In this document: positions 1 to 8,887 of the stretch, piece by piece
Numbering within the stretch: the stretch's first letter is position 1
How the letters are laid out: every line of letters begins with the position of its first letter
Source of the DNA: Candidatus Uhrbacteria bacterium RIFCSPHIGHO2_02_FULL_46_47
GTDB taxonomy: Bacteria > Patescibacteriota > Patescibacteriia > GWA2-47-26
Direction: 5' to 3'
Assembly: GCA_001790815.1 (NCBI GenBank)
Contig: MGDU01000022.1
Location: 108-64,107, forward strand
DNA: 64,000 nucleotides
Position numbers and translations under genes: made by a program
The notes under the pieces: generated by a model
Databases searched by the model: none
What the model saw: the letters and a program-made list of their open reading frames with translations, nothing else
What the model was told of the DNA's origin: nothing

Positions 1-214
1 GATACCCCAAGCTGGACAAAGCGATCCGGGAATTCTTTTTTAAACGCAAGCGAGCGGGTAGACTCGGTCAGATCACAACAAAGCACGACCACATTTTTAT
101 TTGCTTTTCCGGCCGCGACAATTCCTTGCCCATAGCCATCGCGGGTTGGCTTTTGTTCTAATTGAGAGATGTTCAGTAGAGCAGGATTTAACTTTGCTGA
201 AGGGTTTAGTGGCA
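1..214 (-). CDS. transketolase, C-terminal subunit (partial; runs off window start)
   Basis: Reverse-complement translation from ATG at 212-214 gives MPLNPSAKL...TRDGYGQGIVAAGKANKNVVVLCCDLTESTRSLAFKKEFPDRFVQLGV, matching the pyrimidine-binding domain of a split transketolase. It sits directly downstream of the N-terminal subunit gene. Confidence 0.7.
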
Positions 215-219
215 TAGTT

Positions 220-1080
220 TTACTCGTGCTCTGAAGTTATTTTACCTTGCAAAGTGCGCAACTCCAAAAGTGCTTGCGCGGCTTGTTCTTTGTTTGGCGG
301 TATGCCGTGCCATTCAAATTTTTTCTCCATAAAAGAAACTCCGCGGCCGGGAATAGTGTGCGCGATAATTACCGTGGGTTTTTCGTAAATTGTTTTGGCT
401 TCTTCAACCGCGTTTATAAATTGACGCATATCATTGCCATTAGCCTCAATCACATGCCAATTATTCGCCTCGTATTTTGCGCGCAAAGGCTCAAGAGGCA
501 TAATATCTTCCGTGTTTCCGTCAATCTGGATATTGTTGCGGTCAATAATGCCGGTAAGGTTGGAAAGTTTATTGCGGCCGGCAAAAAGCATTGCTTCGTA
601 ACAAACTCCGGCGGCTTGCTCCGCGTCAGACATCGCGCAATAGGTGCGCCATTTTTTGCCATCCATGCGCGCCCCATAAGCCAGACCAGCGGCTTGTCCA
701 AGCCCAGAGCCCAGCGGCCCAGAGGTGGTCTCTACTCCGGGAAGCCGCAACCGCTCTGGATGTCCTTGGAGTCGCGTGCCAAATTTGCGCAGAGTTTTAA
801 GCTCTTCAATTGGAAAATAGCCGGCCAGCGCCATGGTAGCGTAGCGTACTGGACAAATATGACCGTTTGATAAAATCAAGCGGTCGCGATCTGGCCATTC
901 CGGATTTTTTGGATCATGATGCAAAATATGAAAATAAAGCGCCACAAAAATATCCGCCATGCCTAAAGGTCCGGCCGAGTGTCCAGACTTCGCTTCCAAA
1001 AGCATCTCAATAATCAGCTCGCGAACTTTAAGAGCTTTTTCTTCTAACTCTTTGACTTTCTCGTCATGGATGTGCGGCAT
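220..1080 (-). CDS. transketolase, N-terminal (TPP-binding) subunit
   Basis: 286 aa with SGHSAGPLGMADIF, GHPE and TTGPLGSGLGQAAG motifs typical of a split Tkt N-terminal section. Confidence 0.85.
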   Translation of the reverse strand: MPHIHDEKVKELEEKALKVRELIIEMLLEAKSGHSAGPLGMADIFVALYFHILHHDPKNPEWPDRDRLILSNGHICPVRYATMALAGYFPIEELKTLRKFGTRLQGHPERLRLPGVETTSGPLGSGLGQAAGLAYGARMDGKKWRTYCAMSDAEQAAGVCYEAMLFAGRNKLSNLTGIIDRNNIQIDGNTEDIMPLEPLRAKYEANNWHVIEANGNDMRQFINAVEEAKTIYEKPTVIIAHTIPGRGVSFMEKKFEWHGIPPNKEQAAQALLELRTLQGKITSEHE

Positions 1081-1165
1081 GGATTTTGAGTATGTAGTAT
1101 GTAGTTATGTAGTATGTAGGAGTGTTTATAATTCCCCTACGTTCTACCTACTACTTACTACTCAA
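1081..1165. repeat. TACGTAGTA-family repeat (intergenic copy)
   Basis: gagtatgtagtatgtagttatgtagtatgtag...ctacctactacttactactc. Related in-frame copies lie at 7221-7252, 7313-7347, 13861-13893, 21236-21273, 21772-21803, 26078-26112, 29246-29276 and 42376-42404. Confidence 0.6.
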
Positions 1166-1259
1166 CTAGCTTCGCACTGTGGCGACAAGTGCCAGGATAA
1201 GAATTATAACCGTGAGTGCAATAACGGTACCAATAAGGATCCAAAATAATTTTTTCATA

Positions 1260-2051
1260 TTATTTAGAGGTTAATTTTAAAAGTTTATTATATGCATCTT
1301 GAGGATTAGAAGCGCCGTAAATGGCGCTGGCGGCGGCAAGGCGTGTGGCGCCAGCTTGGAACAACTCCTCCGCATTGCTTAAGTTTACACCACCATCCAC
1401 CTCTATGGGAAGGTGGGGATATGTTTTGCGCAAAGCACTGATTTTTTTAAGCACATGCCGCTGGAATGATTGCCCGCTTTTGCCCGGATTTACGCCAAGA
1501 AATAAAACACAATCTACAAGCAATTGTTTCCCCTCACCTTTTTCCTCTCCCCCAGGGAGGGGGTAGGGTGAGGGTGTAAGATATGGTGCAAGCATACTTA
1601 TGGGTGTGTCCGGATTAAGCGAAAGCCCTTCTTCTGCCCCATGCTTTTTTATATATTGTATAATCTGCATTATGTCATCGCGAGGCCGAAGGCCGTGGCG
1701 ATCTCTTTCCACATGAAACAAAATCCTCTTTGCCCCGGCCTTTATCCAGGCCTTGGCGTGCTTTAGTGGATCAACCACCATCAAATCAACTTCAATATTG
1801 TAGTCGCCGGTCTTTAGCCGGCGTTTTTTGTGTCGCGCAGGCTGAAGACCTGCGGCTACCTTTTTCGGCTCTGCCCAAGTCTTATACGGCGCAAACTTGC
1901 CATCCACCACATCAATCTGAATCCAGCGCGGCTTTGGGCGTAACTTTTTAATCGTGGCTAACTTATTTTTAAAATCCGAAAAATTCTTAGCAAGGATAAC
2001 TGGAATAATCTCACGCTTCATACTCAAATCATTTCCTCCCCTTAAGTCCAC
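1260..2051 (-). CDS. rpe: ribulose-phosphate 3-epimerase with two in-frame repeat insertions
   Basis: IQIDVVDGKFAP, LFLGVNPGKSGQSF and IEVDGGVN motifs. The internal peptides VAAGLQPARHKKRRLKTGDY and PSPYPLPGGEEKGEGK are encoded by repeat elements. The true start is probably the internal MKREII. Confidence 0.8.
   Translation of the reverse strand: MDLRGGNDLSMKREIIPVILAKNFSDFKNKLATIKKLRPKPRWIQIDVVDGKFAPYKTWAEPKKVAAGLQPARHKKRRLKTGDYNIEVDLMVVDPLKHAKAWIKAGAKRILFHVERDRHGLRPRDDIMQIIQYIKKHGAEEGLSLNPDTPISMLAPYLTPSPYPLPGGEEKGEGKQLLVDCVLFLGVNPGKSGQSFQRHVLKKISALRKTYPHLPIEVDGGVNLSNAEELFQAGATRLAAASAIYGASNPQDAYNKLLKLTSK
1801..1859. repeat. R2-family double-hairpin element inserted in frame in rpe
   Basis: tagtcgccggtctttagccggcg...gcaggctgaagacctgcggctac; encodes VAAGLQPARHKKRRLKTGDY on the minus strand. 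Confidence 0.7.
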
Positions 2052-2217
2052 GCAGGGCGTCGGAGGTAAGGGGAGGCCTGCCTGCCGGCAAGGCAGGTTA
2101 GGAGGGGTTATGAAGCAATTTTACCATTCCCTTGACATTTTGGCAACAAAAATAAATCCGCCCTTTGAGGCGGATAGGCATAACTCACCCTGCCCCTCTC
2201 TTGAGATAAGAGAGGGG

Positions 2218-2676
2218 TTAAATGTTCATTCGCGGGAAGGGTTCCATGCTCATGATATTTTGAGCTTCGGTAGGCGTGAGCACTTTCTTTTCACTTAAAA
2301 GAGAAGTGAGTTTACGAACTTTTGCATCCTCTTTATTGATGATGAATACAATCTCACCTTTTTGGTTTGCTAGTGCACGATCAAGATAATCTTTATCCAC
2401 CATGTTGGATTTGAGATAACCAACATTTGATTTCAGTGTAGAAACATCGGATTTGAGCGTTCCAACATCGGATTTGAGCGTTCCCACATCTGCCTCAACT
2501 TTATCAAAACGTTTATCCATCTTTGTGGAAAAGTCATTGACTACCTCTAGTATCTCGTCGATTCGTCCATCCGTGTGTTTTTGTCCCTCGGTTATTGCCT
2601 TGAGAAGTTCGGTATTGGTTGGTTCTTGATTCATATGACTATAGTATATAAAGTAGAGTGCATCGGTGTCAAGCAA
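2218..2676 (-). CDS. hypothetical coiled-coil protein with tandem peptide repeats
   Basis: 152 aa; contains VGTLKSDVGTLKSDVSTLKSNVGYLKSN. Confidence 0.4.
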   Translation of the reverse strand: MLDTDALYFIYYSHMNQEPTNTELLKAITEGQKHTDGRIDEILEVVNDFSTKMDKRFDKVEADVGTLKSDVGTLKSDVSTLKSNVGYLKSNMVDKDYLDRALANQKGEIVFIINKEDAKVRKLTSLLSEKKVLTPTEAQNIMSMEPFPRMNI

Positions 2677-3237
2677 TTATTTTTCAATCCGCGCGATCTT
2701 TTTCAGTCTTCGTACATGGCGCGGCTCGCCGGAAAATGGAGTGGCAAGCCAAATATCAATTATTGGTTTGGCTTGAGCAAAGGTTAGGGCTAGGTCGCGG
2801 GCGGCAGGATCTTTGGTTTTACCGCCGCCAAAGCACAAAACATTGGTGTCATTGTGCCAGCGACTCATCTTAGCGCTCACTTTATCCCAAGCGCGCACGG
2901 CGCGTACGCCTTTTACTTTGTTGGCCACAATACACTCGCCAATTCCAGAGCCGCCTAAGGCAATTCCCCTCACCCCAACCCTCTCCCACACGGGGAGAGG
3001 GAGAGCGTTTGAATTCCTCCTCCTTAATGGGGGAGGATTAAGGTGGGGGTGGGCTTTGGCAACCGCTTTGGCCATAGGAATTATAAAATCTGGATAATCA
3101 TCTTCTGGGTTATACTCATGCGGCCCAAAATCGCGCACTTTATAGCCGCGTTTTTTCAAATACGCCACAATTTGTTTTTTAAGCTCAAACGCGGCATGAT
3201 CCCCGGCGAGGTAGATGGTTGGCCTTGCCATAGTCAT
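2677..3237 (-). CDS. rpiB: ribose-5-phosphate isomerase B (RpiB/LacAB family) with in-frame repeat insert
   Basis: GGSGIGECIVANKVKGVRA motif. An inserted PPPLRRRNSNALPLPVWERVGVRG segment is encoded by a PSP-GEG element. Confidence 0.8.
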   Translation of the reverse strand: MTMARPTIYLAGDHAAFELKKQIVAYLKKRGYKVRDFGPHEYNPEDDYPDFIIPMAKAVAKAHPHLNPPPLRRRNSNALPLPVWERVGVRGIALGGSGIGECIVANKVKGVRAVRAWDKVSAKMSRWHNDTNVLCFGGGKTKDPAARDLALTFAQAKPIIDIWLATPFSGEPRHVRRLKKIARIEK

Positions 3238-3253
3238 CTATTCTACCGAACTC

Positions 3254-3282
3254 TTGACAAATACGCAAAATCATGCTATATT
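3254..3282 (+). promoter_or_regulatory. sigma70-like promoter (TTGACA-17-TATATT) upstream of the GC-rich ORF at 3331
   Basis: TTGACA at 3254-3259, exact 17-nt spacer, TATATT at 3277-3282. Confidence 0.5.
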
Positions 3283-3330
3283 AAAAAGGTTCTTTGATGG
3301 CAAGCCTGGGGTCTTGGCAATTCTGCCAGG

Positions 3331-3969
3331 ATGAGAGGTAAGCCAGAACATGGAGAGTGGATCATGGCAAAAAACATGGGTCCGGGTCAGAAGTCAGCGG
3401 TTCGATCGGCCGCAGGTAAGATGGCGGCGATCTGGATGGCGCTCGAGGCAGCCGTGCGTCAACGCGGTGGCAACGACGACGCGATCCTGCAGCTCGATTC
3501 GGAGGGAGCACAGTCGCTCCTCGAGAAGATCGCAGAATTGCTCGTCGCGAAGGTGGCCGTGCCTATCGTGAACGTCGCCTACCAAGCGGTGCTCACCTGG
3601 GTCATCGCGGTCTGCCGGTTCGTGTCCTACGTGGACCCGAATATCACGGCCGCGAACTTCCAGCTCCAGCTCGGAGACCTCACGCTCAAGGAAGTCATCG
3701 TCGTCGCAATCGACAAGGCGATGAGCACCGCCGACGTGCTCCAGCATCTGGACAACCAAGGTCTGCGGCCAGCCACGCTCCTGGAGCTCCTCTACTGGTG
3801 GTTGACCAACCCGAATAAGCACGCTAACTGCCTAGTGGTTGCGCTCGGACAGGTTTGGCGGGGTGGTGTGCCCTACGTCTACGGCCGCGGTGTTTGCCGG
3901 GAGCTCAGCCTCTGCGCGGTTGCGAGCGGCTGGGGTCAGGTCTGCAGCTTTGCCGCCGTCCGCAAGTAG
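3331..3969 (+). CDS. hypothetical protein, GC-rich orphan (cassette A)
   Basis: The ORF is visibly GC-rich relative to its flanks. A GGAGAG Shine-Dalgarno precedes an internal ATG at 3364. A stem-loop terminator lies downstream. No family recognised. The C-terminal 40 aa are paralogous to ORF 4309-4530. Confidence 0.55.
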   Translation: MRGKPEHGEWIMAKNMGPGQKSAVRSAAGKMAAIWMALEAAVRQRGGNDDAILQLDSEGAQSLLEKIAELLVAKVAVPIVNVAYQAVLTWVIAVCRFVSYVDPNITAANFQLQLGDLTLKEVIVVAIDKAMSTADVLQHLDNQGLRPATLLELLYWWLTNPNKHANCLVVALGQVWRGGVPYVYGRGVCRELSLCAVASGWGQVCSFAAVRK

Positions 3970-4032
3970 GTCACTTGGGCCCTGGGAACCTTGGCCTTTG
4001 CAATGTTCCATTGGACCCTTGGTTCCGTTTTC

Positions 4033-4074
4033 CCCCGCACGTTGCGTAAGCGACGTGCGGGGCGTTTCTTTTTG
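4033..4074 (+). terminator. rho-independent terminator of cassette A
   Basis: ccccgcacgttgcgtaagcgacgtgcgggg hairpin followed by a T-tract. Confidence 0.6.
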
Positions 4075-4308
4075 TGCTAAACTAACGATGGAGAGTAAAC
4101 GAAACAGTCCGCGGTCAATGAAGTTTATTCTTCTAGGCTTCGGGCGGTTGAAATCTGGGTGTACCGAAAAAGCCAGAATCATTGCGGCTACGGCTTCAAT
4201 GAGCGCGCAACGGTACAACTCTAAAAATGAAAATACTTGGTGTAGAGAAGTAGCGGGATAACGTCCCGGAATACGATTCAACCCTGAGAGTCCCGATGTA
4301 AAGTCGGG

Positions 4309-4530
4309 ATGCCACGCATAATTTTTCATTACTGTGTGGCATATTCAAAGGGTGGTGGCGCGGACGCTTCTCTACATAATTATGACGGCTTGGTTTGGCA
4401 GGGTAATGTGCCCTACGTCAACGGCAACGGTGATAACCGGAAGCTCAACCTCAACACGGTTGCGAACGACTGGAATCAGAACTACAGCTTTGCCGCCGTC
4501 CGCAAGTATCCCCATTCTCCTCCTACGTAG
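4309..4530 (+). CDS. small ORF or gene remnant carrying a lower-GC copy of the cassette-A C-terminal domain
   Basis: Region 4385-4507 aligns to 3848-3968 at the DNA level, and the last 25 nt are identical. The shared peptide is GNVPYVNGNGDNRKLNLNTVANDWNQNYSFAAVRK. Confidence 0.3.
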   Translation: MPRIIFHYCVAYSKGGGADASLHNYDGLVWQGNVPYVNGNGDNRKLNLNTVANDWNQNYSFAAVRKYPHSPPT

Positions 4531-4589
4531 GAGGAGTTTGTTTTTGGGCTTGTGAAAATGATGGAAATAGGGTAAAGTATTAAAATTAT

Positions 4590-4646
4590 GTAGTCGTCGG
4601 TCTTTAGCCGACGCACATTTCGCAGGCTGAAGACCTGCGGCTACAG
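4590..4646. repeat. double-hairpin element (R2 family, loop TCTTTAG) immediately upstream of the ileS ATG
   Basis: tagtcgtcggtctttagccgacg...gcaggctgaagacctgcggctac. The stem carries compensatory changes relative to other copies. Confidence 0.7.
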
Positions 4647-4651
4647 TTGCT

Positions 4652-7600
4652 ATGGCCAATATACCATTTCCAAAACGCGAAGAAGAAATTCTTGAGTTTT
4701 GGGATAAGAATCACGTATTTGAAAAATCTTTACAAAAACCCTCGCCAAAAGGAGAGTTTGTTTTTTATGACGGTCCGCCGTTTGCTACTGGCCTGCCGCA
4801 CTATGGTCATATTTTGGCCTCCACCATCAAAGATGTTATTCCGCGATATAAAACCATGCGTGGCTATCATGTGCGCCGGCGGTGGGGCTGGGATTGCCAC
4901 GGTTTGCCGATTGAAAATATTGTAGAGCAAAAACTGGGCATTTCTGGAAAAAAGCAAATTGAAGAGCGCGGGATTGCGGAGTTTAATCGGGCTTGTAGAG
5001 AAGGCGTTTTGGCCTATGCGGCAGAATGGGGGAAAATGGTGCGCCGTATCGGACGCTTCGTGGAGTTTGAAAATTCCTACAAAACCATGGATTCCACCTA
5101 CATGGAATCAGTGTGGTGGGCACTTAAACAAATTTGGGACAAAAAACTTATTTATGAAGGACGCAAAGTGCTTCTTTATTGTCCGCGCTGTGAAACTCCG
5201 ATTTCCAACTTTGAAGTCGCCATGGACAACAGTTATGAAGAGGTTACGGAGGAGGCGGTTATAGTAAAATTTCTAATTCACCTAATTTCTAATTCACCTA
5301 ATCAAATTCCAAATAATGCGCCGGTGTACATGCTCGCGTGGACCACTACGCCGTGGACGCTGCCGGGAAACGTGGCGTTGGCAGTGGGAGAGGAGATTGA
5401 TTATGTGATGGTGCGTACCCCCTCACCCGCTCCAACCACGGTTGGAGCACCCTCTCCCGCACGGGGAGAGGGAGATCGTTTTGATTCCTCCCCCTTGATG
5501 GGGGAGGATAAAGGTGGGGGTGAGTATCTGATCCTTGCCAAATCCCGCCTTGCAATCCTCACCGAACCATATGAAGTCGTGCAAGAAATGAAGGGTAAAG
5601 ATTTGGTTGGACTTGAATATGCGCCGCTATTTAAAGTAGAAGGACTGTCCTTGCGCGCGCGCAAAGACAGTCCTTCTCGTCGAGCTTTCAAGGTGTATCC
5701 TGCGGATTTTGTGACGACCGAAGAGGGCACAGGCATTGTGCACACGGCTGTAGTGTATGGTGAAGATGATTATAATTTGGGACTCAAATACAAATTGCCA
5801 GTGGTACCTTTGCTTGATGAAAAAGGTGTATTTAATGAAAAATCGCCAGAGCTCATCTCCGGGCAGTATTTTAAAGATTCGGAAAATACCATTAAAAAAG
5901 ATCTGGAGGCGCGGGGACTTATGTACAAGCGCGAGAAGTATACGCACTCCTATCCATTTTGCTGGCGTTGTGATACGCAGCTTTTTTACAATGCTATTCC
6001 AGCTTGGTTTGTTAAAATTTCCAAACTTAAGAAAAAACTCCTGAAACTTAATGAGAAAATTAACTGGTATCCAGAGCATTTAAAACATGGTCGGTTTAAA
6101 AATGGCCTTGAAAATGCGCCAGATTGGAATATCTCACGTAATCGGTATTGGGCTACTCCTTTGCCGTTTTGGAGATGTGTTGTGCATAACCCTCCCCAGC
6201 CCTCCCTTACCTTAAGGGAGGGAGAGAATTTAAGTCCTCCCCTTAAGATAAGGGGAGGTGCAGGAGGGGTTATGAATGGTGGCTGTGGTAACGTGGTTTG
6301 CATTGGGTCGTTTCAGGAGTTGAAGCAACGTGCGACAAATTACGACGAGGTGTACAAGTCGCATGATCTTAAGGATATTGATTTACACCGTCCGTATATT
6401 GATGAGGTGAAAATCAAGTGCGATAAATGCGATAGCGAGATGCGGCGCATTCCGGAAGTCGTGGACTGTTGGGTAGAATCCGCGTCCATGCCGTTTGCCG
6501 AGTTTCATTTTCCGTTTGAAAATCAGGAAGAATTTAAAAGGCGTTATCCGGCGGATTTTGTGGCAGAATACATTGCACAAACGCGGGCTTGGTTTTATGT
6601 CATGCATGTAATTGGTAGCGCGATTTTTGGAAAGCCGCCATTTAAAAATGTGGTTACCACTGGCACGATTCTGGCAGAGGATGGCAGTAAGATGTCTAAG
6701 TCAAAACAGAATTTTCCTGATCCGTGGGATTTGATTAATCGTTATGGTGTTGATGCTTTGCGTTTTCACCTTATGACTTCGGTTGTCATGCAAGCTGACA
6801 ATCTGAATTTTTCCGAGCGCGAGGTTGATGGGATTTATAAAAAAGTAGTATTGCTTACGCAAAATGTACTGAGTTTTTACAAATTGTATGCACCACCCCT
6901 AACCCCTCCTCCACAAGGAGGGGAAACGAATCAATTTCCTCCCCTGCCCGAGGGTATTTCCTCCCCTGCCCGAGGGGAGGCTAGGAGGGGTGGGAGCGGA
7001 GGGGTGGGAGATGTACCGTCTAATTCACGCCACATTCTTGATCGCTGGATTATAGCGCGGCTCCATGAAACAATTCGTGATATGACTGAAGGGTTAGATC
7101 GTTATGATGTAGTGCGAGCTGGGCGTTTGATTCCAGAGTTTGTAAATAATCTTTCAACTTGGTATTTGCGCAGATCGCGCGAGCGTTTCAAAAGCAGTAA
7201 AAAATCAGAACGTGAATCAGCTCTACGTACTACGTCCTACATTCTACATACTTTTTCCCAACTGCTCGCTCCCTTTATGCCGTTTTTGGCAGAACATGTG
7301 TGGCAAGAAGTTACGAGTTACGAGTTACGAGTTACGAGTTACTCGGTACATTTAGCTGACTGGCCTAAGGTGAAGAAATCCAAAATTGATACGGCACTGC
7401 TTGAGGAGATGCGAGTGGCGCGAAAAATTGTGGAATTGACGCATGCGGCGCGCGCCGAGGCAAAAATCAAAGTACGTCAGCCGTTGGAAGAATTAAAAAT
7501 TCAAAATGTAAAATTAAAAATGAGTGAGGAATTATTGAGATTGATTGCGGAGGAGGTGAATGTGAAAGAGGTGAAGATTGTCCCCTCACCTCAATCCTCT

Positions 7601-8041
7601 CCCACGGGGGGAGAGGAAGTAATTGGCAATCCCTCTCCCCGCAGTACTGCGGGGAGAGGGCAGGGTGAGGGTGGCTGGGTTACCAAGACCGACGGCACAC
7701 TTACGATTTCACTCAACACCGCAATCACTCCGGAACTTCAAAAAGAAGGTCTGGCGCGCGAGTTGACCCGTCATATTAATGAAGTGCGCAAGATTGTAGG
7801 ACTTACTCCGCAAGATACCGTGCATGTGATGGTTGCGGTGATTGCCCCCTCTCCCCCAACCCCTCTCCCCCAGGGAGAGGGTAGGGTGAGGGAAGTAGTG
7901 AAGGATTTTCAAAAACAACTGCGCAAATCCGTAATCGCGGCGTCAGTCAAGGTGGTCAACGCCCCGCAAGAAGTTGACTGGTCGCATGAGGTAGAGCTTG
8001 AAAATCACGAGAAACTTTGGGTGGGGATGAGGAGAGGTTGA
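4652..8041 (+). CDS. ileS: isoleucyl-tRNA synthetase (archaeal/eukaryote-like type) with five or more in-frame repeat insertions
   Basis: PPFATGLPHYGH and KMSKS motifs. Inserts occur at about 5418-5525, 6190-6277, 6893-7010, 7221-7252, 7313-7347, 7582-7674 and 7846-7892. Confidence 0.9.
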   Translation: MANIPFPKREEEILEFWDKNHVFEKSLQKPSPKGEFVFYDGPPFATGLPHYGHILASTIKDVIPRYKTMRGYHVRRRWGWDCHGLPIENIVEQKLGISGKKQIEERGIAEFNRACREGVLAYAAEWGKMVRRIGRFVEFENSYKTMDSTYMESVWWALKQIWDKKLIYEGRKVLLYCPRCETPISNFEVAMDNSYEEVTEEAVIVKFLIHLISNSPNQIPNNAPVYMLAWTTTPWTLPGNVALAVGEEIDYVMVRTPSPAPTTVGAPSPARGEGDRFDSSPLMGEDKGGGEYLILAKSRLAILTEPYEVVQEMKGKDLVGLEYAPLFKVEGLSLRARKDSPSRRAFKVYPADFVTTEEGTGIVHTAVVYGEDDYNLGLKYKLPVVPLLDEKGVFNEKSPELISGQYFKDSENTIKKDLEARGLMYKREKYTHSYPFCWRCDTQLFYNAIPAWFVKISKLKKKLLKLNEKINWYPEHLKHGRFKNGLENAPDWNISRNRYWATPLPFWRCVVHNPPQPSLTLREGENLSPPLKIRGGAGGVMNGGCGNVVCIGSFQELKQRATNYDEVYKSHDLKDIDLHRPYIDEVKIKCDKCDSEMRRIPEVVDCWVESASMPFAEFHFPFENQEEFKRRYPADFVAEYIAQTRAWFYVMHVIGSAIFGKPPFKNVVTTGTILAEDGSKMSKSKQNFPDPWDLINRYGVDALRFHLMTSVVMQADNLNFSEREVDGIYKKVVLLTQNVLSFYKLYAPPLTPPPQGGETNQFPPLPEGISSPARGEARRGGSGGVGDVPSNSRHILDRWIIARLHETIRDMTEGLDRYDVVRAGRLIPEFVNNLSTWYLRRSRERFKSSKKSERESALRTTSYILHTFSQLLAPFMPFLAEHVWQEVTSYELRVTSYSVHLADWPKVKKSKIDTALLEEMRVARKIVELTHAARAEAKIKVRQPLEELKIQNVKLKMSEELLRLIAEEVNVKEVKIVPSPQSSPTGGEEVIGNPSPRSTAGRGQGEGGWVTKTDGTLTISLNTAITPELQKEGLARELTRHINEVRKIVGLTPQDTVHVMVAVIAPSPPTPLPQGEGRVREVVKDFQKQLRKSVIAASVKVVNAPQEVDWSHEVELENHEKLWVGMRRG
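5418..5525. repeat. PSP-GEG palindromic element, in frame in ileS (representative copy)
   Basis: ccctcacccgctcc...ccctctcccgcacggggagaggg...gggggaggataaaggtgggggtgag. More than 20 related copies occur in the window, for example 1520-1580, 2968-3052, 6190-6277, 6893-7010, 7582-7674, 7846-7892, 13545-13662, 21903-21962, 24330-24402, 25516-25612, 27222-27312, 27478-27538, 28017-28105, 38973-39058, 40660-40745, 42512-42582 and 46790-46872. Confidence 0.8.
7313..7347. repeat. tandem heptamer (agttacg x about 4.5), in frame in ileS
   Basis: gttacgagttacgagttacgagttacgagttac encodes TSYELRVTSY. The same motif occurs in tyrS at 26078-26112. Confidence 0.75.
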
Positions 8042-8164
8042 TAGGAAAACGCAGATTTGGTATACTAAAAGTGAACTTAAGATTAACTAAAAATACCTAA
8101 GGCACGCTTAAATTTTTGACCAATCCTCCTAAGCACCTGCTGTTTCGGAGCAAAAAATCCGCTT

Positions 8165-8812
8165 ATGAAAAAACTTATTTCATCCATAACAGCAGGAATA
8201 TTTGCGTTTTCGGCATTGGCTGCGTTTGCGCAGTCAGATGATCTGGGCCGCGAGGCAACGCAAGAAGTACTTAAGGAAACGCCGGCTGCGTCCACCACAA
8301 CCTCCGCGCCAATGTCAGCGGAAGAAGCTAAATATAAAACCCTCATACGCTCGGATGCCGCAACATTTAAGGTAGAACTCACTCCGTCAAATGAAACCAC
8401 AGCTACAAATTTCGTCACCTATGGCACTTCTGAAAAAACCAAAGCCCTTGGCGCGGGCGAGCGGCGCGCGGTTATGCGCGATTACTTTGAAACCGTAGGA
8501 CGCGGCAATGTAAACTATGAGGATGTGGAACGCATCACTAAAGGGGAAAAGCCGGTTTCCCGCAATCTGGAAAAAGAGCGTGTGCAAGTCGGAGCCGCGC
8601 TCAAAGTCTTTACCAAAATCTTCGGCCACAATCCAGATTTCCAAGATCCCAAAGAAGATCTGGCCTGGAATGCGCTTCTTTATCGCATCCGCTTCTCGCG
8701 CGACCTTGCAAAAGAGCGGGAGGGCATTGCGGAATTTAAAATGATTTTCAAACGTGCACCCGCAACTCCGCTGGATTGGGCTGCTGTGCGGGTGTTGGGG
8801 TATGTGTTATAG
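8165..8812 (+). CDS. secreted hypothetical protein
   Basis: N-terminal signal-like MKKLISSITAGIFAFSALAAFA; no family recognised. Confidence 0.45.
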   Translation: MKKLISSITAGIFAFSALAAFAQSDDLGREATQEVLKETPAASTTTSAPMSAEEAKYKTLIRSDAATFKVELTPSNETTATNFVTYGTSEKTKALGAGERRAVMRDYFETVGRGNVNYEDVERITKGEKPVSRNLEKERVQVGAALKVFTKIFGHNPDFQDPKEDLAWNALLYRIRFSRDLAKEREGIAEFKMIFKRAPATPLDWAAVRVLGYVL

Positions 8813-8887
8813 TTTATAGTATAAAAGGCTCTTTGAAAAATATCCTTAGCATGAACACCGTCAGGGCCTCTTTAAGGAGGGAGTGCG

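Noticed and set aside
3394-4329. Minus-strand ORFs 3394-3822 and 3832-4329 (142 and 165 aa).
   Set aside because: They lie antisense within GC-rich cassette A and its terminator. Long spurious ORFs are expected in GC-rich DNA, and they have no Shine-Dalgarno site or recognisable motif.
5346-6303. Several minus-strand ORFs inside ileS (5346-5555, 5401-5745, 5627-6079, 5986-6303).
   Set aside because: They are antisense to a strongly supported ileS frame, and several are generated by the palindromic repeat elements reading similarly on both strands.
5408-7892. Considered mini-inteins as the explanation for the in-frame inserts.
   Set aside because: The inserts are only 10-40 aa, lack intein block motifs (no Cys/Ser plus His-Asn boundaries), and are recognisable DNA-level palindromic repeats shared with intergenic copies.
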